Source of the DNA: Cycas panzhihuaensis
Taxonomy: Eukaryota; Plantae; Cycadophyta
DNA: 64,000 nucleotides
Reading direction: 5' to 3'
Assembly (NCBI GenBank): GCA_023213395.1
Contig: CM041465.1
Span: 219,053,741-219,117,740, forward strand
A model generated the notes under the pieces. That model was given only the letters and a program-made list of their open reading frames with translations, was not told where the DNA came from and made no database searches. This document shows, piece after piece, positions 1 through 12,810 of the stretch; positions within the stretch are counted from its first letter, which is position 1; each line of letters begins with the position of its first letter. The translations under genes were made by a program, and so were the position numbers.

Positions 1-233
1 AAGTTTTAGGGAAACATTTATCCCCTTCACACGTAAAGCTCCTACTTTAGGAAGAAAGTAGGTTGGTAAGAGGTGGTAATGATGAAGGTGAAAGGTCTTC
101 TATTAAAAGTTAATGAGGTTAAAGATGAGGTATGTGAATGATGAGGTACTAATCTAAAAAAGACCTATAATTTGATCAAACTAACCTTGATACTTTTAAA
201 TTAATAAGTCAAGGAAACATTGCCTAAACATGT

Positions 234-450
234 TTACCCAAAAGGACTGGGTTCTTAAAAGAATTTTACCTAATAACTTACCCAAAAGAACTAGGTTCTC
301 ACTATTAAAAGAATGTTATTTAACAACTTACCCAAAAGGAATGGGTATACATTACCAAAAGAACCTCACTTAATACCTTACCCAAAAGAACTAGGTATAA
401 ATCACCAAAAGAATAACTCTTAACATCTTACCCAAAAGAACTAAGTATCC
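234..450. repeat. About 50-bp tandem repeat in the 3' UTR of element C
   Basis: TTACCCAAAAG recurs at 234, 278, 328, 378 and 428. Confidence 0.85.
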
Positions 451-534
451 CACTTTCTAACTAAAAGATTGATACCAAATGCCCACAAACTAGATGGGAC
501 TTCAATATATAACTAGTCATAGTTTATCTCTCTT

Positions 535-740
535 TAACTATGTGTCAGAGAAAAGTTCTTTTGTCAAAGTACAAATAATGGATTATCATAGTTTTTGGGC
601 TCATTAACAAGTGACTTTTCAAAGTAATCCATCATAGTTTAGACTTATTAATAGGGTGAAGGATTTCAGAGCTTGATTATCATAGTTAACATCATCAATA
701 ATTATTTTTTAAAGGGTTTCCTGTTATAGTTTAGGTTCTT
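535..740. repeat. Degenerate 45-48-bp tandem repeat
   Basis: A (T)CATAGTTT-like core recurs about five times. Confidence 0.55.
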
Positions 741-1030
741 TAATAAGTAAAAGGGACTCAGAGTGATTTGGAGACCAATATAAAGATCAATATAAAGGAA
801 GAACAAATACAAGGTGATAAATCAAGTCTCCAAAAAGCTCCATGAAAGTTAAATACATTCAAAGAGGATAAATGAGCCTATTAAAGGGAACATGAATAAT
901 TTTACCATCACAAAGTGATTTCACATGATAATGATAATTGAAAAGAGGTAGAACTCACTTTGATAGACTTAATGGATGAAAGGAAAAAGTTCACTTCAAG
1001 AAAGAGAGAAAGCACCCCCTCCCCCCCCTC

Positions 1031-1070
1031 TTTTATTAAGAAAAAGGATGAAAAAGGAGTTTCATTTTCA
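1031..1070 (+). promoter_or_regulatory. Putative TATA-like + initiator core promoter of the element C antisense gene
   Basis: TTTTATTAAG followed about 27 nt later by TTCATTTTCA. The same arrangement precedes the genes in A and B. Confidence 0.55.
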
Positions 1071-1179
1071 TGGGAGAGAGACAAAGAAACAAGTTAGTTA
1101 GAGGCTCTTTCTCTTATTTCTAAGATGACCAGGAGATACTCTAATGGAGGATCAGCTCCAAGAGATCAGTGAAAGCAGC

Positions 1180-1964
1180 ATGATGTAGGGAGCTAGATAC
1201 CTGGTGAGTCTATTGTTTATATATTTTTTAATTTTTTTATCTTTATTTTAAAAATATGATGATATAATGAAAAAATATATGCATTGTACTAAAAGCATGA
1301 TAAGTTAGTGAAAAACATGACAACACAACAAAAAACATAGTTTTATAATTTGGGGCAATTAAAAGAAATCACATTTTTGGTAGTGAAATCACATTTTTGA
1401 CTATGAGATCATATTTTTAGTAATGTCATCACACTTTTGAATTTTCTTAAAGAAAAGCTTGAAAGTTAACATTTTGAAACATAAAAACAAGAGATTGATG
1501 TGATCCTTGTGATGTGATGTAGCCTCTAGAGAGAGTGGAGACATAAAAGAATAAAGGATTAGCCATTGGGGAGTTAGTTAACTAGTTAGATGAGGTGGGA
1601 TGGGCCACTTTGAGAGCCTATGGGATTTCTCAAGTGAGTGGATCGACTCAACTAGTAATGGAGCACGGTATATTTCATGATTTCATCAACTATTAGATTC
1701 TAGGACATAACATGTTTAGGGTATGAGTGATCAGGGAGATACATATTACTCTTAGGGATGTGGGGAGGATTCTAGGAGTCATCTGGCATGGAGAGAGGGT
1801 GAGACTCAACAAGGTGATGGACGAGGAGTCCTAGGCTACTTATAGTCAATACCTTATAGGTTTTGTAGATTAAATCAACACTCGTGATGTATCTATAGAG
1901 GCCATATAGATAGTAGAGGATATTCCTATTATGTAGAGGATCATAACTCTAATCATCACACACA

Positions 1965-2036
<72 letters not shown>

Positions 2037-3320
2037 GAACCCAAACTTTCATAGGGATTCTAGCTCAGTGGATAGGAGTTGTAAGGACGTGAGTAGGGGA
2101 TCAGGATAAACTAGGGGTAGTATATTATGGATAGCATGTGCCTTTAATTATCAAGGATCAGGAGGTTAGGGAGAGGGGGATTTTCTTATAGCTCCATCTT
2201 AATATGTTGGATATACGACCACATTCCCTTGATAAGGCCAGAAGGAACACTAAGAGAGTTAATTATTATGGATCTAAGGGTGTACATGTGGCATATGAGA
2301 TCTGGGATACATAATAGGCTAGTCATCATAGCCAAGAGTACACTTCATCTTATACTAAGCAGGATGACTAGGAGACAACTAGTAGAGGATGCATATGCAA
2401 GACTATTGTCATGGAGTAATGATAAGATGGATGTTACAGGGAGAGGAGTAGTAGGAGAGGCTCTGATTATTAGTAGGGAAAGAGGTAGAAGGAGAGGACG
2501 TAGAGGAGGGAGAGATGGTAGTCGAGAGGGAGATAGAGGTAGGAGAGGAGATACATCAACCAACAGAGGAGGAGGAGGAGGAAGTCAATAGATGACCGAG
2601 AAAGCAGGTGGAGCATCAGGTGGGGGTAGAGGAGGCTCTATATAGAGTATAGAGCTAGGGTCAATAGATAAGAATATGTGAGGAGGAGGGAGCATAGTAG
2701 GAGGAGGAGAGCCTGCCTAAGGAGGTCCTAAAGAGCCTTAGAGAGAGGGAGTGCCATAGGTAGAGGAGGAGATGGCAGCAGAGCCATTAGGAGGTGATAA
2801 GCCATTAGGTATGTAAGTTGATTGATTTCTCTCGTACCAAATTATATTTCCTTTTTTATCTTAATTTTCTTCCAGTAGACTGATCATGACCTATATGTTT
2901 TATTAGATAGATGATGAGATCATGACTCTTAGGGAGGTGAGGAGGATACTAGAGCTGATATTCCCCTATGTTCCAACATAAAAGGAGGCACCAACATGGA
3001 ATATAATAGGTCGTACCCTACTAGGCCATTACATTTCCCACTTTAGCTATGCACTTTAATATCAAGACATGTATATGGACACGAGAGTAAAGTTGAGAGC
3101 AAGGGAGCTAGAGCTTAGAGTACTCAAGGATAAGAGACATCATCTTCATAGGATGATATTAGCATAGGTGGGAGCATAAGTTACCCCATTAGGGAGTACT
3201 ATAGTATAGTGGGGATGTCACCTTCTACCTTATAGAGAGTCTCCACATGGGCAAATTTCAAGTAGAGGGGAGAGAGCAAAGGTAGGAGCTCTAGAGAGAT
3301 ATCATCAAAGTTCACTAAGA
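1180..3320 (+). pseudogene. Antisense 3-exon PMD (aminotransferase-like plant mobile domain) / coiled-coil gene of element C
   Basis: Exons 1180-1203, 1523-2808 and 2911-about 3320. GT-AG introns 1204-1522 (phase 0) and 2809-2910 (phase 1). PMD motifs IHITLRDVGRILGV and SYSSILICWIYDHIP. Interrupted by a microsatellite. The 3' end is approximate. Confidence 0.75.
1956..2030. repeat. (CA)n(TA)n microsatellite inside PMD exon 2 of element C
   Basis: Direct sequence. Confidence 0.95.
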
Positions 3321-3609
3321 TAAATATATTTTGTGTATATAGGGAGATAGGAGGGAGATGGGAGGCATTTTCTGAGCCTCAACTATGTATCATGAGTCAC
3401 ACATATGACTGATGTACCATATCCTTTTATTTATGTATATATTGAGTATTTCTCTTAAAAACTTGGGTATATAATGGATGATTAACTCTAAACCTTTCCC
3501 TCCTTATTTCCCTTTTATAAATTAAACATGATATAGATTCATCAGTATGATGGTCCATGGAAACATATAGTAATTTTAATATTTTTCTCTTTTTTTATTT
3601 TTTTGTTAT

Positions 3610-3752
<143 letters not shown>

Positions 3753-4364
3753 AGTATGTATATGGTAGCTTATACTCATTTTGGAGTGAGATGGTTCTAA
3801 AAAGAAAAAGATTACAAGGAGAAGTAAATGATAGAAAATAAATGAAAGATAAAAGGGAATAAATGAAAAGTTTACTTATTCTATTCTTATAAACCTAAAA
3901 CCATCTAAAACAAATGGTAATAGGTTTATAAAAGTAGAATATGGAATAATGTAAATCTCTTAAAAGAAACTCATATAGCTCACATCATACTCTTGATAAA
4001 TTATACAAACATAGAATGAAATCCACATTGATAATATATCATAAAGAAAACACATTGTTTATAGAATGAAAAGCTAATCCCACTTAATAAACAACTAGTC
4101 TTCTAAGTATATTGGATTCCTCATGGGCTCCTTCTAGGGTTAAGAAGCTTTTAGAAACTTTTCCCCAAACAAGATCCTCCATGACCCAAGATTCCCATGT
4201 GAGTCTATCCCTCCCTTTTAAATACTTCATTTCACTCTTCAACCTATCATCTTAATCTGCACATCACTTAGACCTTTATCTTCTAAAACCAAAGTTTATA
4301 CTCTTTATGGAGTGGTAGTTTATACTCATTTTGGAGTGAGGTGCCCCCAACTAGAAGGTGAAAG

Positions 4365-4769
4365 TCAACCAAGGTAATCATCCAAGATATAGGAAACAAG
4401 AGTGTTAACTTAAACATTAAGGGAACAAGAGACATACTGGATGGTAATTGAAGAAAATAGTGACAATGTTGATGAAGCCTGATGGTGAAGGAAAAGGAGT
4501 GATGAGGAGTACACCTGATACATCCCAATTAACTGATAGAATACAACTTGAGAATCAGAATATATGATAATAAATCTAAGATAAGAGTAGGAAATATTAA
4601 GCAAGGCTCCTATAATGGTAAGATATTTATCTTCATTATTAGTTGCTCTAGGTATAAACATTCTAGTAGAGAGGAGAGAATTTCTCGATTGGTCATAGAT
4701 CACCCAAGCAGAAGTAGATGGTCCTAGGTTACCTCTACTACCTCCATTAGTGAATATACTCAATGCCAT
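4365..4769 (-). pseudogene. Stand-alone archaeal-type RNase HI (aRH) of element C
   Basis: MALSIFTNGGSRGNLGPS...ATNNEDKY...YSDSQVV matches RNase HI-like motifs DG.SRGNPG, TNN.AEY and DS.LV. Lies about 1 kb downstream of the pol stop. Confidence 0.9.
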
Positions 4770-5828
4770 AGGAAAAGTAGGACCAATATTTGAAGACATT
4801 ATGATCAATAAAGGAGGGTGTGAGAATCAATTAATAAGGATACAATAGCGAATGAGATTAGTTCTGAATATATTAAAGAAAAAAAGAAATCATAATTGAG
4901 ATGATTATGACTAATAAAAATAAAAGATGTCAAGCAGGGTTTGATCATAATTGAGGTCATGGTAGACCCAAGCAACTAGATCTGAAAATCCTAAATAACT
5001 CATTCAAATGAACCCAACCAATAGATGGATAGGTGGGGATGAATCCCTCATGTGACTTGCCCTAGATTATAAGAGGATAATAACAATTTACTTTCTCTTT
5101 TTTTACTTTTCTTTCTTTTCTTCTACTTTTTTTTTTTTTAATTTCTCTTTTCATTAGTTTTTTTATTTTTTCTCTTCTTTTTTTTTACAAGAATAAAGTC
5201 ATAATCATTCAATTATGAAGTTCTTTTACTCAATACAGTAAGGATCTATCATTTTTAATGTAACTTAAGATGAAAGAGATTAATCCCCTTAAGGATTAAA
5301 CCATGGGAAAGAAAGGAACTCAAAATCATAGTGTCTCCAAATGTAAAGGGATGGCAGCAGAATAAGTATTTACTTCAAGATGTAAATAGAGTGAACCAAA
5401 GATAATAGAAATGATCAAATTAAAAATAGCAGATGATATATGACTAAGAAGAAATCCTCAGGATGAAGGACTAATAAATAGAAAGCATGATCTCAACTAA
5501 TGGAAAAGCATCTAAAGATGACGGGGGTCTCTCTCTTTCAAGGATGAAAATAAATGATAAAGTTGGGGACTAGAATTCTCTCTTGAGTATAGAATTCAAA
5601 AGAGAAAAAGACCAAAACCTTGTAGTAGAACACCCACAATCAATGAAAATACTAGAAAGAGTAAACAACTTATATAATCATGAGTAGGAACTTTGTATAA
5701 GACAAGAATAACTCAAGGCAAGATGCAAAAAGATAAAAAAGAAATTGCCTATAATTTTAGCTCATTAGATAAAGAAAAAGATTTGGAGTTGTAGTTTATC
5801 CTCATTATAAAGGTAAGGATGAGTACTT

Positions 5829-8800
5829 CTAGGCATAGAACTTTCTCAAATATTGAGAATTCACATGCCTTTCAAATTCTAGACCTTCCATTATTGAGAT
5901 TTGATAGGCTTCATTACTCAAATCTTCAATCACTAAATAAGGACCAATCTACTTAGGAGAAATTTTATGTTACTATCATGTAGGTACTCTAACTTTAACA
6001 CTTTATCACCAATAATAAACTTCCTAAGTCTAAGTTACCTATCATGAGCATCCTAGACTCTAACCTTAGATGCCATGTTATTTTATAGGGCTTGTAGATA
6101 AATCTCATTTAGTTTTTCTAATTCCAAGAGACGTGCTTCCCTTTGGAACTCTTTATCGATAAATTCTTTCAATGAAAATTGCAAGGAGGTAATCTCAACT
6201 TCTAATAAGAGGACAACATCAACACCATAAATAAGAGAAAATGATGCCATACCTGTAGAATTTCTAATGGAGGTTTTATAAGCCCATAATACCAAAAATA
6301 ATTGAATGTGCTAATCTCTATGGGATGTCAGAACTGTTTTAGCTAAGATTTTAGCTAAAGCTTTGTTAAAGGCTTCAACTTGGCGATTTGCCTAAGGATG
6401 ATAAATAATTAATAGTCTATAAGTGATATGGAATTTATTACATAGTTCACGAACATAGGGATTATAAAATAAAGTCCCATTATTAGTAATAATAATGTCT
6501 GGTATCTCAATTCTATAAATGATATGCTAAAAGATAACTGCAATAATAATCTTTCCAATAGTAGTGACTAATGGGTTAGATTTAATCCATTTATAAAGTA
6601 CTTAATTATAGTTATAATAAACTTATGCCTATTAGATGATGTTGGAAAGATTTTTCTAATGAGATCAAAACCCCATTGGGAAAAAGGCGAAGGTGAAATA
6701 ATCGACTTCATTTCTTGCACAGGCTTATGCATTAAAATTGCATGAGATTGGTATTTTTAACACCTTTATATATAAGAATGAGCATCTTTAAATAAGGTGG
6801 GCCAATAATAACCCATACAAAGAATACATTGGGCCATTGATCGACCACTAAAATGTCCACCACATGTTTCTTCATCAGATTTTATTAAGGAAACTAATGT
6901 TTTATCGAGGGAAAGGTATCTCAATGAGATTCCATCAAAAGAATATTTATAGAGCATGTCATCAAGTAAGAGATATTACCTAGCAGTAACTTAAATTCGT
7001 CTTCTCTTCTTTAATGTAGAGGAAGAAGGAAAAGATTAATCATGAAGTTATGACCTAATCTCTCCATACCATAAATCATCAAAAGGGACAACCTAGATAT
7101 GGAAGACATGTTCATCTGGAACATAATCATCAATAGGTTGTTTGATAAGATTAGGAAGAGGAGCATTAGCCATGAATTCTAGAATAATCATGCCTTTTCT
7201 AGACTTTCTATTGACAACTTAGAATTCAAACTCTTGTAGCAACAAGGACCACTTACTGAACCGTCTAGTTAGATTAGACTTAGTGAACAAATATCTGATG
7301 GATCTGACTAAATAATAAGGTGGACCTTATTCCCAAGAAGATAGTGGCATAACTTCTTAGTACTAAATATTAAAGCAAGACATTCTTTTTAAGGAAGGGG
7401 ATCATGAAGTTCAGTAGCCACTAATGTCCTACTAATGAAATATATAGCTCATTCTTTACCAAAGATATTATCTTAAGCCAACATTCCTACTAATAATTCT
7501 TCTATAGCAGAAGTGTACAAGATGAAAGGTTTATCAAACCTTATGGGAGAAAGCACACACTGAGACCAAAGGTTGCTTCAACTTGTTGAAGGACTCTTAA
7601 ACTTGAGAAGCCCATCATAGTTTAATATCTTTCTTTAAAAGATTTGTGATAGGCCTGGCATCTAAATCAAAATTAGTAATAAAATGCCTTAAGAAGCTAA
7701 GTTTACCTAGAAAGGATATAATCTGATTTTGATTCTTAAGAGGGGATATATTGACAATTACCCTTATCTTACCAGGATGATTCTAATCCCATCGTAGGAA
7801 ATAATGTTTCCTAGCATCCTTCCTGATGTCACAGTAAAACTGTATTTAAACGACTTAAGGTATAAATGATATTTCTTACATATTTTAGAAATTATTTTAA
7901 GGTCATGCACATGATCACATCTTTTACAAGATAGAGAGAGCATATGATCTAAGTACATAGTAATAATATTCCCAATTAAATCATGAAAAATATATACCAT
8001 GGCTCTTTGATAAGTTGCACAAGCATTCTTCAATTCAAAAGGCATGACTTTATACATGAAAGCACCCTAAGGAGTAGTGAAAGTAGTCTTGTGATGAGAT
8101 GGAAATTTGATTATAGCCTAAAGAACCATCCATAAGAGACATCACCTCAAAATTGATCATCTCATCCCATATCTAATCAAGAAAAGAGAGAGAAAATTAT
8201 CTTTAGGGAACATCTTATTAATGTCTAAAAAATCAATGCAAATTTAAATTGAACCATTTTTCTTTATAACCAAAACTATATTAGAGACCCATTGAGAGTA
8301 ACTAATACTCTCAATAAATCCAACTCCTAGTAACTTCTCCACTTCTTGTTTAATAGTAAGAGAGAGATATGGGCAAATGGGACATTGCTTTTTCCATTTA
8401 GTTTTGGCACTAGGAGTTACGGTAATGTTATACTCAACGACTTGGAGATCAAGGCCATGCATATCTTTATAATACCAAGCAAAGATTGAGTAAAATTTAT
8501 GAAATATATCCTTAAATATATTGATCTCTTAGGGAGTACAACTAGCTCCTAATTTGATAACCTTAGGGGTATCCCCCATCTCTAAGTCTACATCAATACT
8601 ATGCTCCATAAGCATTGAATTTCCCTCTTAAAAATGAGGAGGGGTAGGATCTATTAAGGAAATTGACTCATGAGGTTGGGAATAATTAAATAGTGGTGAA
8701 TCAAATTATATTACTGTTGACAATCCCAACCTATGATGTCCATTAGGAAGACTAAGAGATGACCCTACTAGATTCTCTAAGATCACCCGTCATTCTCAAA

Positions 8801-11800
8801 GTGATCAAGGTAGAAGAGATTGATGAGGAGAAGATTTCTCAATAAATTAGGAGGCAAAAAAGGAGGCCTAAAACATGAAGAGGATTCAACTAAAGAGTTT
8901 GAACAAGTAGGGATAAACTTAATGATTGAAGAAACATGAGAGAAAAGAATAGGCCCGTTAATGAACTCCCAAGTCAAAGAAAAGAGTTGATCAAATTCTT
9001 GATAATATATATGATATTCTGGACTAAATAAAGACATCAAGATGAGAGATGATGGAGAGGCATCTATAGAAGGATGGGAAGGAAAGGAAATAGTGGATAC
9101 CAAATTCACTTCCTATGTTGTAGTGGAGCTATTTCGATTACTTTGAAGTGTATCAAATGAATCTATATTAGCACCACGTAATTCTAAGTATAGGTGTTGA
9201 TGTAATAACATCTTCTTCTCATGTCTATTCAACCATGTAGTAAAGAGTGAGGATCGAGAGAAGAGAGGCATAACATTAATATGCAAATCATGTGAGACTA
9301 AAGTTACATGAGTAATCAAAGAAGAATTTGCAATAGGAGAAATGAAAGCACTTGCCTGTAAAGGCAAACACAAAACCTATGAGAAGTAGGTCTAAACGAC
9401 AAAGGAATTATTGATATTAATAATCCTACTCATAGCATTTCCCTACAAGGTAGAATAGAATGAGAAATTACTTCTTTATTATAAGAGGAAGAGGAAATCA
9501 AGATTGATCAATTAGACCCAAAGTATAAGGAATGAATGAAGAACCTAATAAACAAGGAATAATCTCAACCAAATCCACATCATTTACTTCTGTATGAGTA
9601 GAAGGAGTTTTAATGGCAAAGTATTAGCCTAGACCATGTGATTGAAAGAAGTACTCTAAAGAGTTCGATGATTCACTAGGCTCAAAAAAGGTCTCAATAA
9701 GAAGGATTGACTGTTTGATTGGTTTCAATTTTTGCTTCATAATTTTCAATTGTCCTTTATGGATAAACCTAAGTTCACCAAAGAGGGAGGAACAAACCAC
9801 TGATATTTGGGTAATCCACGGTCTACCCAAAAAGGATGTTATACTCCAAGTCAACATCAATGATAATTAACTCAATGAGGACTATCTTTTCTTCTAAAGT
9901 AAGAGGGAGAGTGACTTAACCTAGGGACACTTTCTAGTTCTTATCATATCCCTGATAAATCTACTCACATGGATCAAAGACTAAAATTTCCAAATATTCA
10001 ACAAGGCAAAGAGGGATCATATTAACAAATGATCCCTCATTAATAATAACACACTTAATATTAATATTGTCCTTTATAATCTCGATGTAGAATGGAGGTA
10101 TATCATTTAATGCATGAGTAGAATAATTAGACAAGGAAGTTAGGTCAAAATAAAGTGTGGAAGTGAATAAAGAGACTATGGAAAGAATTCCTAATACATC
10201 AAATAAAAACTGATATTATTGGAGAAAACACTTCAGTAAGTTAATAACTAAAATACCTATAGGAATGGTCTTTAACTCATCGACCAAAGAGAATGATCCA
10301 TCCTTTATACTAGAGGGAGTGGGCCTAAACCTAATGGGACATGGAGGTACTAGAGGTAAAGAGTCAGGATTCCTCACCATTAAATCATTGGGTGATTTAT
10401 ATGTACCCATGCTCTTTGTTATCTCCAACATGTTTATGGTTCTTTTGGTGTCACCACCTTTAGGAGGCAGGCAAGATTGGTTACTAGTTCATTTAGTAGA
10501 AGGATTTAGAGGAGTAGTAGTCTTCTTTAATGAATTAGAATATGAAGGCTCACCTTCATCATATTGAACCTATTTTTCCTTGCCTTTATCATCTTTGTTT
10601 ACTTTATTGTTATGTTAAGGCAAATGACCCTTATGAATCATTTGATCTTGGGATGACTTGGAGGAATAATTTGATTAAACATTCAAATTTTGAGTGATGT
10701 TCTGAACTATACGGTACTCACTTCTATCATAGGCATATGTTTGATGGTATGAGTACTATTTTATATTTTTGAAAGAAGGGAGAAGTGGAGGAGGATCTAG
10801 TTTCTTCCTTCCTTTAGTAAGATAGATCACTTTTATTTCTTAAGAGGGTTGACTCTAAGAAGAGTCATCAACATGCAACTTGGTATTGATCACACGCTCT
10901 AATGATCTAATAGAAGAAGTTAGATGATCATAAGTAGGTTCAAGATGGGAAGCCTTTATTATTTAAATAGTTTCTTTGGAAGGAATAGGTTTCCTAATCT
11001 TCTTAATACTTGAATTTCAAATGTTTCTAGGGATAAATAATGATCAATAACTTCTTTGTAAGTTCGAGGACCAAGTTTAAGAACTTCAAGATGTATATGT
11101 AGCCTCAAAGCATTAGTGAATAAATCGAATAGGAGACTAGAATCAATATGAGAGTGGAAAGTGTATACTTGGTCTTAAAACCTTTTTACAAAGTCTCTAG
11201 AGGTTTTGTCATGGTTTTGTTTGATAACTAAAAGGGACTTGATACCTGATTCAAATGGTTTCACTACATCAAAATAGTTGATAAAAGAATCAACTAATTG
11301 TTGGAACCAGAGGATGAAGGCTAAAGGAAGTCAGTAAAATTATTTCAAGGCATTGCCTTAAAGTGACTTAGGAAATAAGCACATTGTGATATAATCATAC
11401 AACATGAAATCTTCACAAGCAAGTGTAAATGCTTGTATGTGAGAGGCAGGATCCTAAGAGGAGTCGCCTAAAAATTTAAGTAGCTTAAGAAGAAATGGAG
11501 GCATAGGATATAAAAGAAGTTCATGTAGAAAAGGGAATTTTTTATAATTAAGAAAAGGTTTCCTTGGCCTCAATGTAGTAGGACATTGGGACAAGCACAA
11601 TGGATGTGAAATAGAGGAAGGAATAGGTTGTTGTTGTTGTTATTATTGAGAAATAGCATGGGATAGAAAAGTAGATGAAGGATTGAACCAAGCTTTGAGA
11701 TTAACTATAGATTTAGTTTGGGGCATAGGATATTATGGAAGGATAGGATTGAACAAAGGAAAAGGAACTAGTTATGAAGTGGGCCTAGGAATATATGATG

Positions 11801-12389
11801 AATAAGTAGGGTTAGCAACTCCCAAAACTTGAGACAGACTGATTAAAGTATGGGGATTAATGGGGTAAGTATAAGAAACATGTTGAGAAGAGAGGGTTAT
11901 ATTAGACATTTTAGTAGCAGGTGCATGAGGCCTAACACCTTCTGATAAAATTGTATGGGTTGTGTAAAGTAGGAATTAAGTCATGGAGGAAATAGGATGA
12001 GAGGGGACAACCTTAGTGGTAAAGGAACAAGTAGGTCATAAACTTGGTAAAGGTAAAACCACTTGACTCAAGGTAGAAACATGAGAGAGATTAGGGTTAC
12101 CGTGGATAGAAATAGTAGTAGTACCTTCATGTGTAGAAGGTATCATACAAGGAGAATGGGTCCAGACTTACAACTGAGAAGGAGAGAGAAGAGGCTGGGA
12201 ATAAATTGACTTATGGTCTTTCATCTCCTCTAAAAAAGGAGAATGAGGTCTTGACAAAGGTCTTGGTGAAGGGACGTGGGAAGGTATAGGAGATCAAATG
12301 ACATCATGAGCAATTGAGGGCTCAACTTGAATTAGCTCATACTCCTCATGCAAAGGATCAAATTGATGATGTTGTGGTGAAGATGCCAT
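5829..12389 (-). pseudogene. gag-pol of element C (many stops and frameshifts)
   Basis: RT fragments SISYSQWVSNIVLVIKKNGSI and YKVMPFELKNACATYQRAM. INT fragments CGGHFSGRSMAQCILCMGYYWPTLFKD and LWAYKTSIRNSTG. Ends ...RKFYA* at 5829. Confidence 0.9.
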
Positions 12390-12790
12390 GGTATGAGTCT
12401 CTAAATAGAATGGATCTTAATATCTAGGCATATGAAATGAAGTAGGAATCCTAGTAAGAACTGACTCAAAATTTGATAAATGTGTTTGAACAGGAGGTGG
12501 TTCTTCTTGAGAAAAAGAAGGATCTACAAAAGAAGGACCACCGTGAAATTGAGAGGGTTCAAGATACACTTGCTCCACTGGTATTTCATATAATTAGATC
12601 GAATCTTTGGGAGGATAAACATAAGTGTCATGAATATGATGTTCCAAAGATTTGACATAAGACGATGAAACTTCTTATCTAAAATATAAAGGTTGAATTG
12701 GAAGATTCGGTGGGAGGTCCTAAAGCCTCAAAGATCACCTAGGAGTGGGTGTTGTATTTTTTATTGCTTTAATAAGAAAATAAATGGTAG

Positions 12791-12809
12791 CTCCCCAATA
12801 AGGTCACTA
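12791..12809 (-). promoter_or_regulatory. Decayed primer binding site of element C
   Basis: TAGTGACCTTATTGGGGAG, compared with TGGCGACCATACT(A/G)GGG in A and B. Confidence 0.7.
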
Positions 12810-12810
12810 G

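Noticed and set aside
234-450. Regularly spaced repeats resembling a CRISPR array
   Set aside because: The inter-core sequences are similar to each other rather than unique spacers, there are no cas genes, and the context is a plant retrotransposon.
1011-1030. C-run that reads as a PPT on the minus strand, suggesting a 3' LTR of C
   Set aside because: No TGTTTC LTR start follows and nothing matches 12811-15144. It corresponds to the C-rich stretch upstream of the TATA box also seen in A.
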